64,000 nt of DNA, taken from assembly GCA_963708135.1 (NCBI GenBank), contig OY970192.1:1408001-1472000 (forward strand), given 5' to 3'. Below the pieces are notes generated by a model. That model had not been told where the DNA came from and ran no database searches. It saw nothing but the letters and a program-made list of their open reading frames with translations. The DNA is from an uncultured Gemmatimonadales bacterium. GTDB taxonomy: Bacteria; Gemmatimonadota; Gemmatimonadetes; Longimicrobiales; RSA9. Both the position numbers and the translations under genes were made by a program. This document shows, in pieces, positions 19,909 through 28,707 of the stretch; within the stretch, counting starts at the first letter, position 1, and the number at the start of each line of letters is the position of its first letter.

Positions 19909-20745
19909 GTGTCCCACGTCCCCCTTCGCCCCGATCCCGCGCCGACGTCCCATCGACGCGCACCGGCGCGGCCGCCGCCGGTGCTCGCCCTCGCGGGGGT
20001 GCGCTCCGCGCTCCTGGACCTGGTCTTCTCGCCCGTCTGCCTCGGGTGCGACGCGCCGATGGAGGGGGGAGAGGGAAGCCGCCTCGTGTGCGTCTCCTGC
20101 CGCGCGCGCCTGGCGCCGCTACCCGGGCCGGTGTGCGCGCGCTGCGGCGCGCCGCGACTGGAGACCGGCCGCCTCGCCGGGCCGCGCTGCGGAGAGTGCG
20201 GTGAATGGCCGCCAGCGCTCAGGTCGGCACGTTCGGCGTGCCTTCTCGCGGCCCCCGCGGACCGGCTCGTGCATCAGTTGAAGTACCGCGGCTGGCCCGC
20301 GCTCGCCGGACCTCTGGCGCGGCGCATGGCGGAGGTCCCGCTCCCCGAGGATGTCGTCCGGGAAGCACGCATTGTGGTGCCCGTCCCGACTACCCGGGAA
20401 CGGCTGCGCGAACGGGGCTATAATCAGGCGGAACGCCTGGCGGCCGCCTACGCGTTCCGTACCGGCAGGCGGCTGGTCCCGGCCCTGGAGCGCGCCGGCT
20501 CGAGGCGCTCCCAGACCATCTTGCAGCCCGCCGCGCGCGGGGCTAACGTGGCCGGCGCGTTTCGGATCTCGGAGGTCGCCGGATCGGCCGTCCGCGGGGA
20601 GCACGTGCTGCTCGTGGACGACGTGCTGACCACCGGCGCCACGGTCGTAGAATGCGCACGCACGCTCGTCACCGCGGGCGCGCGCTGCGCCAGCGTGATC
20701 ACGTTCGCCCGCGCATGGAGCATCCGCCGGGCGCCAGGAACCTGA
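19909..20745 (+). CDS. comF: ComF family protein (zinc ribbon plus phosphoribosyltransferase fold)
   Basis: Four CxxC pairs, [22 protein letters not shown]; start uncertain. Confidence 0.92.
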   Translation: MSHVPLRPDPAPTSHRRAPARPPPVLALAGVRSALLDLVFSPVCLGCDAPMEGGEGSRLVCVSCRARLAPLPGPVCARCGAPRLETGRLAGPRCGECGEWPPALRSARSACLLAAPADRLVHQLKYRGWPALAGPLARRMAEVPLPEDVVREARIVVPVPTTRERLRERGYNQAERLAAAYAFRTGRRLVPALERAGSRRSQTILQPAARGANVAGAFRISEVAGSAVRGEHVLLVDDVLTTGATVVECARTLVTAGARCASVITFARAWSIRRAPGT

Positions 20746-20759
20746 CAGGGGAGTCGCTC

Positions 20760-21785
20760 ATGGCACAGCAAGGGAAGCCGAGGGCCCGCGTCGCGATCAA
20801 CGGCTTCGGCCGGATCGGCCGCAACATTCTTCGCGCCGCCAAGAAGGCCGGCGCTCCGCTGGACTTCGTGGCCGCCAACGACCTCACCGACAGCGCCACC
20901 CTGGCGCACCTGCTGCGCTACGACTCGGTGCACGGGCGCTACCCGGGTACCGTCGAGGTGAGCGGAAACGGTCTCATCGTGGACGGCGACGAGATCCGCG
21001 TCACGACCGAGAAGGAGCCAGGGGCGCTGCCGTGGAAGGACATGGAGGTCGACCTCGTGTTCGAGGCTACGGGCCGCTTCACCAAGCGGGCTGATGCGGC
21101 CAGGCACCTGGAGGCGGGCGCGCGCAAGGTGATCATCACCGCCCCCGGCAAGGGCGAGGACCTCACCATCGTCATGGGGGTGAACCAGGCCGCCTACGAC
21201 CCGGACCGCCACGACGTGGTCAGCAACGCCAGCTGCACCACCAATTGCCTCGTCCCGGTAGTCAAGGTGATCCTGGACTCGTTCGGCTTCGAGCACGGCA
21301 TCATGACCACGGTACATTCCTATACCAACGACCAGCGGATCCTCGATCTGCCCCACAAGGACCTGCGCCGTGCCCGGGCGGCGGCCATGTCGATCATCCC
21401 GACCACCACCGGCGCCGCGCGCGCCACCGGGCTCGTGATCCCGGAGATCGAGGGGAAGATCGACGGCATCGCCATGCGCGTGCCGACCCCGGACGTCTCC
21501 ATCGTGGACCTCACCGCCAACGTCACGCGCGACGTGAGCGTGGACGCCGTGAACGACGCGTTCCGCGCTGCCGCCGCCGGCCCGCTCGCCGGGATCCTCG
21601 CCGTCGCCGACGAGCCGCTCGTCAGCGTAGACTACACCGGCAACCCCGCCAGCTCGATCGTCGACCTGCCCTCCACTCTGGTGGTCGGCGACCGCATGGT
21701 GAAGGTGCTCTCGTGGTACGACAACGAGTGGGGCTACTCCAGCCGCTGCCTTGATCTCGCGCGGTACATGCTCGAGCGGATGTGA
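20760..21785 (+). CDS. gap: Type I glyceraldehyde-3-phosphate dehydrogenase
   Basis: [28 protein letters not shown]. Confidence 0.99.
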   Translation: MAQQGKPRARVAINGFGRIGRNILRAAKKAGAPLDFVAANDLTDSATLAHLLRYDSVHGRYPGTVEVSGNGLIVDGDEIRVTTEKEPGALPWKDMEVDLVFEATGRFTKRADAARHLEAGARKVIITAPGKGEDLTIVMGVNQAAYDPDRHDVVSNASCTTNCLVPVVKVILDSFGFEHGIMTTVHSYTNDQRILDLPHKDLRRARAAAMSIIPTTTGAARATGLVIPEIEGKIDGIAMRVPTPDVSIVDLTANVTRDVSVDAVNDAFRAAAAGPLAGILAVADEPLVSVDYTGNPASSIVDLPSTLVVGDRMVKVLSWYDNEWGYSSRCLDLARYMLERM

Positions 21786-21831
21786 TTTTGCAGTAGCGGG
21801 TTGGGAGGTCGAGGTGATGTGACACGCGAAG

Positions 21832-21868
21832 CCGGCGCGAACCGCCATTGACGGGCGGTTCGCGCCGG
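21832..21868 (+). terminator. Strong hairpin downstream of gap (terminator or protein-binding inverted repeat)
   Basis: Perfect 15-bp stem CCGGCGCGAACCGCC/GGCGGTTCGCGCCGG, loop ATTGACG; weak U tail. Confidence 0.55.
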
Positions 21869-21933
21869 TGTTACCGTTCAGTCGCCATCACGTCATTGCC
21901 CGCGGTGCCTTCGCCCCCTGCGGAGGAGTCCGC

Positions 21934-21949
21934 CGGAACCCGGCTTGCA
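21934..21949 (+). promoter_or_regulatory. Sigma54 (-24/-12)-like promoter
   Basis: CGGAACCCGGCTTGCA: GG-N10-GC with TTGCA. Confidence 0.6.
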
Positions 21950-21994
21950 TCTGGCGCGGCAGGTGAGCTCGCCCGCGCGCGCTGGAGGTGCGAA

Positions 21995-22195
21995 ATGGCG
22001 CTACAGAACAGGGAGTTGTCCGGTACCTATCGCTGCCCCGTCTGCGGGCACCGCGATGCGGCCGAGATCAACAGCGAGGAGTCCTACCGCCTCATCCCGT
22101 GCAGCTACTGCGCGACCCCGCTCGAGATCTGGTCACGGGGATCGGATTCCGTGCGCTTCTCGGTCCAGGTCGCGGAGCAGCGGGCGGTGGGGTGA
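21995..22195 (+). CDS. Small (66 aa) zinc-ribbon protein
   Basis: GGAGGT RBS 21984-21989; CPVC...CSYC; followed by its own terminator. Confidence 0.8.
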   Translation: MALQNRELSGTYRCPVCGHRDAAEINSEESYRLIPCSYCATPLEIWSRGSDSVRFSVQVAEQRAVG

Positions 22196-22228
22196 TCCGC
22201 GGAGGGGAAGCTCCCCCGGAGGCGGAGG

Positions 22229-22268
22229 GCGGCCATGGTGCGGCGACGCACCATGGCCGCTTTTCTTT
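22229..22268 (+). terminator. Intrinsic terminator after the zinc-ribbon gene
   Basis: 14-bp stem GCGGCCATGGTGCG/CGCACCATGGCCGC, GCGA tetraloop, TTTTCTTT tail. Confidence 0.88.
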
Positions 22269-22302
22269 GCGCCCCGGCCCCGCCGCCGCGGTGCGCGCCG
22301 CA

Positions 22303-23214
22303 ATGGTGCGTCTCCTCCGGCTCGCGGGGGCGGACGCGGCGTCGCGCACCGGCCGGGCCGGCGAGGCGCCCATCCATTTTCTGGACTCCGGCCGCGGGCC
22401 CGCGCTGGTCCTGCTGCACGGCGGCGGCGGTGGCGGGGCCAACTGGTACCGCCTCATCCCGGCGCTGTCGCCGACGCACCGGGTCCTTGCGCCGGACCTC
22501 CCCGGGTTTGGACTCACGCCTGCGCTCGCGCCCGAAACCGCCGGACCGCTGTCCCGCACTGGCGCCGCCCTTCTCCTGCGTTGGCTGGACGGGCTCGGCA
22601 TCTCCAGCTTCGATGTGGCGGGCACATCCTACGGCGGACTCCTCGCGTTGCGTCTGGCGCAGGCGCGGCCGCAGACGGTGCGCCGCCTCATCCTGCTCGA
22701 CAGCGCGGGCCTGGGGGCCGCCATGCCCTGGCGCGTGCGCCTGGCGACGCTGCGCGGGCTGCGCCGCCTGCTCGCGCGGCCCCGCCGCGAGGGCACCCGC
22801 TGGCTGTTCCGCTCGCTGCTCGTGGCTCGGCCGGAGGCCCTGCCCGCCGGCCATGCGGACGCGCTGCTGGAGTACCTGTGGGCCAGTGCGGCGGCGGCGC
22901 CCCCGGGCTGGCTCGCCCGCGTCCTCGCCGGCTTCGGTGGCCTGGGCGGCCAGAGAGAGGTGGTCCCGCCGGCGGAGCTCTCCGCCATCCACCAGCCTAC
23001 GCTCCTGGTATGGGGCGCGCGCGATGCCTTCTTCCCCCTCGCCCATGCGCGGGCCGCCGCCGAGGCGCTGCCGCGCGGGTTGCTCCGGGTCATCCCGGCG
23101 GCCGGCCACTCGCCCAACTGGGAGACGCCGGAGGAGGTCGCCGCGGCGGCCGGCGCCTTCCTGCCGACCAGGCCGCCGCCGCTTGATGCGAGCCTTCGGC
23201 CCGCGCTACGTTAG
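22303..23214 (+). CDS. Alpha/beta fold hydrolase
   Basis: LLHG, DLPGFG, nucleophile GTSYGG, WGARD, GHSP; start placed at the first ATG after the terminator (uncertain). Confidence 0.88.
   Translation: MVRLLRLAGADAASRTGRAGEAPIHFLDSGRGPALVLLHGGGGGGANWYRLIPALSPTHRVLAPDLPGFGLTPALAPETAGPLSRTGAALLLRWLDGLGISSFDVAGTSYGGLLALRLAQARPQTVRRLILLDSAGLGAAMPWRVRLATLRGLRRLLARPRREGTRWLFRSLLVARPEALPAGHADALLEYLWASAAAAPPGWLARVLAGFGGLGGQREVVPPAELSAIHQPTLLVWGARDAFFPLAHARAAAEALPRGLLRVIPAAGHSPNWETPEEVAAAAGAFLPTRPPPLDASLRPALR
23183..23212 (+). promoter_or_regulatory. Sigma70 promoter for pgk-tpiA
   Basis: TTGATG-N18-TACGTT within the 3' end of the hydrolase gene. Confidence 0.5.
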
Positions 23215-23274
23215 CCTTCCGGCCGCGCTCGGCGGCCGCCACACGACTGGATCGAGAGACGGGATGGGACGGGG

Positions 23275-24489
23275 ATGAACAGGAAGACGGTGAAGGATCT
23301 GCCCGATGCGGCGCTGGACGGGAAGCGGGTCCTGGTGCGGGTGGATTACAACGTGCCGCTGGAGGAGGGCCGGGTCACCGACGACACGAGGATCCGGGCC
23401 ACGCTACCCACGGTGGAGTATCTCACCGCGCGCGGTGCGCGCGTGGTGCTGATCTCCCATCTCGGCCGTCCCGGGGGCGAATGGAACGAGAAGTACTCGG
23501 TGCGTCCGGCGGCGGAGCGCCTCAGAGAGCTGCTCGATGCGCCGGTCCGGTTCGTCGCCGATGTCGTGGGCGCCGAGGCTCATGGCGCCGTGGATGCCCT
23601 CGAGCCCGGGTCGGTGCTCGTGCTCGAGAACTCGCGCTTCCTGGCCGGCGAGGAAACCAACGATCCGAAGCTCGCCGAGGCGCTGGCGGCCCTGGCGGAC
23701 GTGTACGTGGATGACGCATTCGGTGCCGCGCACCGGGCGCATGCCACCACGGTCGGCGTCGCGGAGGTCATGCGCGCCGAGGGCAGGCCAGCCGTGGCGG
23801 GACTTCTCATGGAGCGCGAGCTCCGTTTCCTGGGCGGCGTGCTCGAGAAGCCCGAGCACCCGTTCGTCGCGATTCTCGGCGGCGCGAAGATCTCCGGGAA
23901 GATCGACGTGATCGAGAGCCTCCTGCCGCGCGTGGACCGGCTGCTGATCGGCGGTGCCATGGCGAATACCTTCTTCCGCGCGCTCGGCCTGGAGACCGGC
24001 GCCTCGCTGGTGGAGCAGGATCGCGTGGACATGGCCCGCGCTCTCCTCGACCGCGCCGGGGACAGCCTGGCCCTGCCGGTCAACTGCGTCGTCGCCACCG
24101 AGGCCAGCGCCGATGCCCGCTCCTGGATCGTTCCGCGAGACGCGGTGCCGGCGGAGGCCAAGATCCTGGACATCGGCCCGCGCAGCGTGGCGACCTTCCG
24201 CGAGCTCATGCACGCCGCGCGCACGATCGTCTGGAACGGGCCCATGGGACTCTTCGAGATCGAGGCCTTCAGCCGCGGTACCGATGGCATCGCCCGCGCC
24301 GTGGCCGACGCGACGGAGCGCGGCGCCACCTCCGTGATCGGCGGCGGCGACACGGTGGCCGCGGTCGAGTCCGCCGGCCTGGCGGCACGGATGACCCACA
24401 TCTCGACGGGCGGCGGGGCTTCGCTCGAGTTCCTTGAGGGGCGGACGCTCCCCGGCGTGGCCGTCCTGGACGATCGGGAGGACGCATGA
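23275..24489 (+). CDS. pgk: Phosphoglycerate kinase
   Basis: RVDYNVP, SHLGRP, LENSRF, GGAKISGK, WNGPMG, GGGDT, STGGGASLEFLEG. Confidence 0.99.
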   Translation: MNRKTVKDLPDAALDGKRVLVRVDYNVPLEEGRVTDDTRIRATLPTVEYLTARGARVVLISHLGRPGGEWNEKYSVRPAAERLRELLDAPVRFVADVVGAEAHGAVDALEPGSVLVLENSRFLAGEETNDPKLAEALAALADVYVDDAFGAAHRAHATTVGVAEVMRAEGRPAVAGLLMERELRFLGGVLEKPEHPFVAILGGAKISGKIDVIESLLPRVDRLLIGGAMANTFFRALGLETGASLVEQDRVDMARALLDRAGDSLALPVNCVVATEASADARSWIVPRDAVPAEAKILDIGPRSVATFRELMHAARTIVWNGPMGLFEIEAFSRGTDGIARAVADATERGATSVIGGGDTVAAVESAGLAARMTHISTGGGASLEFLEGRTLPGVAVLDDREDA

Positions 24490-25274
24490 GCCCGCCGCAC
24501 AGGCGGCCGGTCATCGCCGGTAACTGGAAGATGAACAAGGGGCCGGGCGAGACCGCCAGCTTCTTCAATGCGTTCGGGGCGGCCGTCCCGCCGCACGAGG
24601 ACCGCACCATCATCTTCTTCCCGCCCGCCGTCAGCCTCGCTCCAGCGGCCCGCGCGCTCGTCAACCGGCCCGACCTTCTGCTCGGCGTCCAGAACATCCA
24701 CTGGGAGCCGTCCGGGGCCTTCACCGGCGAGACCGGCGGCCCCATGGCGCGGGAGGCGGGCGCCCGTTTCGCCCTCGTCGGGCACTCCGAGCGCCGCCAC
24801 CTGTTCGGTGAATCCGACGAGGACGTGGCCCGAAAGGCTGCCGCCGCCGCGGAAGCCGGCCTGACCCCGATCGTCTGCGTCGGAGAACTGCTCGAGGAGC
24901 GCCGTGCGGGGGCGGTCGAGGCGGTTCTGCTGAGGCAGCTCGGACCCGTGCTCGAGGCGGTGACGCCGGACGTCCTCGCCTCCGCGCTCCTTGCCTACGA
25001 GCCCGTCTGGGCGATCGGCACCGGCGTGAACGCGACCCCCAACGACGCATCCGAGGCGCACGCCATCCTGCGCGCGCGACTCGCCGAGCATCTCGGCCGT
25101 GACGCCGCGGATGCGCTCCCGATCCTGTACGGCGGCTCGGTCAAGCCGGACAACGCGGCCGCGTTGCTGGCGGCCGAAGGCGTCGATGGCGTCCTCGTCG
25201 GCGGCGCGAGCCTCGATCCGACGAGCTTCGCGGCCATCGCGACGGTGCCGGCTTCGCGGGACGCGTCGCCTTGA
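24486..25274 (+). CDS. tpiA: Triosephosphate isomerase
   Basis: AGNWKMN, GAFTGE, GHSERR, AYEPVWAIGTG, YGGSV, LVGGAS. Confidence 0.99.
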   Translation: MSPPHRRPVIAGNWKMNKGPGETASFFNAFGAAVPPHEDRTIIFFPPAVSLAPAARALVNRPDLLLGVQNIHWEPSGAFTGETGGPMAREAGARFALVGHSERRHLFGESDEDVARKAAAAAEAGLTPIVCVGELLEERRAGAVEAVLLRQLGPVLEAVTPDVLASALLAYEPVWAIGTGVNATPNDASEAHAILRARLAEHLGRDAADALPILYGGSVKPDNAAALLAAEGVDGVLVGGASLDPTSFAAIATVPASRDASP

Positions 25275-25340
25275 CGCAGCCCGAGGTCACCGCGATCTTT
25301 ACGGGTTGTCGTTCCCGGGAAAACACGGAGAAAAGTCACG

Positions 25341-25751
25341 GTGTTTACGGCGCTTCTGGTCCTGCTCATCCTCGATGGTCTGCTGCTCATGGTCATCATC
25401 CTCCTCCAGTCGGGGAAGGGCGATGGGCTCGCCGCGATGGGCGGCGGTGTGAGCACCACGGACAGCTTCATGGGCGGGCGACAGGCGGCCACCCTGCTGA
25501 CAAAGGCAACCTGGAGCATGGGCGCCCTGTTCATGGTGCTGGCGTTCGCGCTCTCGATCATGTCCTCGCGCGCGCAGCAGCCGAAGTCGATCCTGCGAGG
25601 CGAGTTCCAGCAGCAGACGGCGCCCGCTCCGCAGCCGGTGATCCCTGGAGCGCAGCCAGCTACGCCGAAGGGCCAGGCCGGTGCGGGTACGGCCCAGCCG
25701 AAGGCGGGCGCGACTCCGGCGCCACAGGGGGCGACTCCGCCGAAGAAGTAG
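25341..25751 (+). CDS. secG: Preprotein translocase subunit SecG
   Basis: Two TM helices, LLQSGKG.GL, L.K.T; tpiA-secG synteny. Confidence 0.96.
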   Translation: MFTALLVLLILDGLLLMVIILLQSGKGDGLAAMGGGVSTTDSFMGGRQAATLLTKATWSMGALFMVLAFALSIMSSRAQQPKSILRGEFQQQTAPAPQPVIPGAQPATPKGQAGAGTAQPKAGATPAPQGATPPKK

Positions 25752-25757
25752 CGGGCG

Positions 25758-25985
25758 TCAGGGCGCCGGCGGAGTTTCCGGGTAGCCGCGGGTGATGCTG
25801 TAGCGGGTCTCGTATGGGCCGAGCGCGCCGCGCCGCGCCCGCGTGAGGAAGGGATAGGGCTCGCTTCGAGCCGGCACGGACGCCTCGCCGGAGCCGGACT
25901 GGCTTCCGCGGGGCGTCGTCTCGCCGGGACGATTGTTCCGCTCGATGATCAGGCGGGTGCGCCGGTCCGTGAGCTTCCGTCTCAT
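25758..25985 (-). CDS. Small hypothetical basic protein (75 aa; MRRKLTDRRTRLIIERNN...)
   Basis: GGAGAG RBS before ATG at 25985; upstream minus-strand promoter; fills the intergenic gap. Confidence 0.5.
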   Translation of the reverse strand: MRRKLTDRRTRLIIERNNRPGETTPRGSQSGSGEASVPARSEPYPFLTRARRGALGPYETRYSITRGYPETPPAP

Positions 25986-26005
25986 GGCGCCGCTCTCCGT
26001 AGGAT

Positions 26006-26047
26006 ACAGACGAAAGGCGCCGGGACCCGCTCGGGTCCCGGCGCCTT
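26006..26047 (-). terminator. Strong hairpin with minus-strand U-rich tail, upstream of the small ORF
   Basis: 15-bp stem AAGGCGCCGGGACCC (26014-26028)/GGGTCCCGGCGCCTT (26033-26047); minus strand ends ...CCTTTCGTCTGT. Confidence 0.65.
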
Positions 26048-26096
26048 CGCATGCGCGGCACGGCGCGCCTGCGCCGCCCGCTCTGAGCCACGCTCG

Positions 26097-26125
26097 AAGA
26101 TAGCGGATCGCAGGGGAGGTCTCAA
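26097..26125 (-). promoter_or_regulatory. Sigma70 promoter (minus strand)
   Basis: TTGAGA-N17-TATCTT. Confidence 0.6.
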
Positions 26126-26160
26126 GGCCCGCCGGGGAACGCAAAGCGCGCCGTCGCGGC

Positions 26161-26190
26161 TTGACTGCCGGCTCCGCGGCCGCCCATTAT
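26161..26190 (+). promoter_or_regulatory. Sigma70 promoter for E1beta-E2-lipB
   Basis: TTGACT-N18-CATTAT; AAGGAG RBS before ATG 26241. Confidence 0.6.
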
Positions 26191-26240
26191 GTCGCTCTCA
26201 CGCGGGGATTCGGGTCGCTGCGCCAGTCGAAGGAGCTCGC

Positions 26241-27293
26241 ATGGCCACCGTTTCTGGGCCGCGCACGCGCGTGGCGGAGAAACCGGAGCACGTCAGGCAT
26301 ACTGAGGAGGGCCGTCCGGTCACGTTTCTGGAGGCCATCCGCGAGGCGCTGTGGGAGGAGATGGAGCGGGATGCGTCGGTCCTCCTGATGGGCGAGGACA
26401 TCGGCGTCTACGGCGGCGCGTTCAAGATGACGGATGGCTTCCTGGCGCGGTTCGGCGAATCCCGAGTGGTGGACACGCCGATCAGCGAAGGCGGCTTCAC
26501 GGGAGCGGCGGCGGGCGCGGCGCACATGGGGCTCCGGCCGGTGGTCGAGATGCAGTTCATGGACTTCGTGGCGTGCGCGTACGAGACGCTGACGAACTAC
26601 ATCGCGACCTCGCGCTGGCGCGGCGCCGGCCCGCTCCCGCTGGTGGTCCGGGGTCCCGTGGGAGGTGGGGTGCGCGGTGGACCGTTCCACTCCCAGAACC
26701 CGGAGATGGCGTTCTTCCACACGCCCGGGCTCAAGATCGTCTACCCGGCCACCACGCGCGATGCCAAGGGGCTCCTCAAGGCGGCGATCCGCGATGACGA
26801 TCCCGTGCTCTTCTTCGAGCACAAGAAGCTGTACCGGATGCCCGCTCTGCGTGAGGTGCTGCCGCCCGGCGACTACGTGGAGCCGCTCGGCAAGGCGCGG
26901 CTGGAGCGCGAGGGTCGCGACGTCACCGTCGTCGCATACGGGATGATGGTGCACGAGGCGCGCAATGCCGCGGAACAGCTTGCCGCGGAGGACGGAATCG
27001 AGGTCGAGGTCCTCGACTTGCGAACGCTGCTCCCGCTGGATGAGGCGGCGATCGTGAAGAGCGTGCAGAAGACGGGGCGGCTCCTGATCGCGCACGAGGA
27101 CACGCGCACGGGAGGCCTCGCCGGCGAGATCGCCATGCGGGTGAGCGAGCAGGCGTTCGAATGGCTGGACGCGCCGATGCTGCGGGTCACCGCGATCGAT
27201 GCGCCCGTCCCGTACGCCGCGGCGATGGAGGACTACTTCCTCCCGCACGCAGCCGACATCGTGGATGCGTGCCGTTACCTGGCCCGCTACTAG
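26241..27293 (+). CDS. 2-oxoacid (pyruvate/branched-chain) dehydrogenase E1 beta subunit
   Basis: GEDIG.YGG, DTPISE, EMQFMDF, HSQNPE, FEHK.LY, DLRTL.PLD. Confidence 0.96.
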   Translation: MATVSGPRTRVAEKPEHVRHTEEGRPVTFLEAIREALWEEMERDASVLLMGEDIGVYGGAFKMTDGFLARFGESRVVDTPISEGGFTGAAAGAAHMGLRPVVEMQFMDFVACAYETLTNYIATSRWRGAGPLPLVVRGPVGGGVRGGPFHSQNPEMAFFHTPGLKIVYPATTRDAKGLLKAAIRDDDPVLFFEHKKLYRMPALREVLPPGDYVEPLGKARLEREGRDVTVVAYGMMVHEARNAAEQLAAEDGIEVEVLDLRTLLPLDEAAIVKSVQKTGRLLIAHEDTRTGGLAGEIAMRVSEQAFEWLDAPMLRVTAIDAPVPYAAAMEDYFLPHAADIVDACRYLARY

Positions 27294-27315
27294 AGAGAAC
27301 ACTCCGGAGTCGAAC

Positions 27316-28707
27316 ATGGCCCGAATCGAAGTGTCAATGCCACAGATGGGGGAATCGATCGCGGAAGGCACCGTGTCGAAATGGCTCAAGCAGCCGGGCG
27401 ACGCCGTAGCGCGCGACGAGCCGCTGCTCGAGATCTCGACCGACAAGGTGGACGCGGAGGTTCCTTCTCCGGCCGCCGGAGTGCTCGCGGAGATCGCGGT
27501 GCAGGAGGGCCAGACGGTCGAGGTCGGCACCGTGGTCGGCTACATTGAGACCGAGAAGGGAGCCGCGGCCGAGAAGGCGCCGCCGGCCGCCGAGCCGCCA
27601 GCCGCCGAGCCGGAGCCCGCTCCCGCGGCGGCTGCGGCTCCGGCCGCGGCCGCGCCCCCCGCCGCGCCGGAGCCGGCGCCGACGGCGGCTGCCCCCGGAG
27701 GGCAGGGCGATGGGCGAACCGAGAGCGCGGAGGAACGCCTCCGCCGCCGGTCCACCCCGGTGGTGCGCCGGATCGCGGCGGAGCACGGCGTGGACCTGGC
27801 GCAGGTGACGGGCACCGGCCACGCGGGCCGGGTCACCAAGCAGGACATCATGGCCTTCCTCGAGAGCCCGGTCCAGGGGGGTGGAGCGCCGCCGCCTGTG
27901 ACCGCGGCGCCGCCCGTGCCGGCCAAGGCTGCCGGAGCGCCGGCCTCGATGGATCAGTTCTGGGAGGCGTTCTACGGTCGCGTGCAGCATCCGGAGTTCC
28001 CGGTGCGGGCGGGCGACCGGGTCGAGCCAATGGACCGGATCCGCAGGCTGACGGCGGACCACATGGTGCGGGCGAAGCGGATCGCGCCGCACGTGCACTC
28101 CTTCATCGAGATCGACTTCACGGCCATCGACCGGGTCCGCTCCGCGAACAGGGAACGCTGGGAGCAGCAGGGCGTGAAGGTGAGCTACACGGCCTTCGTG
28201 GCCTGGGCCTGCGCGCGCATGCTGCAGCGCTTCCCGATGGTGAACGGTACCATCTCGGGCGAGAACATCATCTACCGTGGCGACATCAATCTCGGCATCG
28301 CCGTGGACCTGAATCCCGGACTGATCGTGCCGGTGATCAAGAACGCCGACGAGCTGAACCTGATCGGGATCGCGAAGCGTGTGGCCGACCTGGCGCAGCG
28401 CGCCCGCAACCGGCAGCTCAAGCCCGACGAGATCCAGGGCGCGACCTTCTCGATCACCAACCCCGGGGTGCTCGGGACGATCGTCGGCATGCCAGTCATC
28501 CCGGAGGGCACCTCCGCCATCCTCGGGACCGGCGTGATCGAGAAGCGCGCGGTCGTGATCGATGTCGACGGGGCGGACGCGATCGCCGTGCGGAAGCGGG
28601 CGTTCTTCTCGCTGGGCTACGACCACCGGCTCGTGGACGGGGCGGACGCCGCCCGCTTCCTGGCCGAGCTGAAGGCCCTGCTCGAAGCGTTTCCCGAGGA
28701 CGCATGA
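27316..28707 (+). CDS. Dihydrolipoamide acyltransferase E2 (single lipoyl domain)
   Basis: MPQMGESI.EG, STDKV lipoyl lysine, E3-binding TP.VRR.A.E..GTG..GRVTKQD, DHRLVDG. Confidence 0.96.
   Translation: MARIEVSMPQMGESIAEGTVSKWLKQPGDAVARDEPLLEISTDKVDAEVPSPAAGVLAEIAVQEGQTVEVGTVVGYIETEKGAAAEKAPPAAEPPAAEPEPAPAAAAAPAAAAPPAAPEPAPTAAAPGGQGDGRTESAEERLRRRSTPVVRRIAAEHGVDLAQVTGTGHAGRVTKQDIMAFLESPVQGGGAPPPVTAAPPVPAKAAGAPASMDQFWEAFYGRVQHPEFPVRAGDRVEPMDRIRRLTADHMVRAKRIAPHVHSFIEIDFTAIDRVRSANRERWEQQGVKVSYTAFVAWACARMLQRFPMVNGTISGENIIYRGDINLGIAVDLNPGLIVPVIKNADELNLIGIAKRVADLAQRARNRQLKPDEIQGATFSITNPGVLGTIVGMPVIPEGTSAILGTGVIEKRAVVIDVDGADAIAVRKRAFFSLGYDHRLVDGADAARFLAELKALLEAFPEDA

Noticed and set aside
25751..25900. 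tRNA-Leu often found after secG
   Set aside because: No cloverleaf, GTTCRA T-loop or CCA end visible
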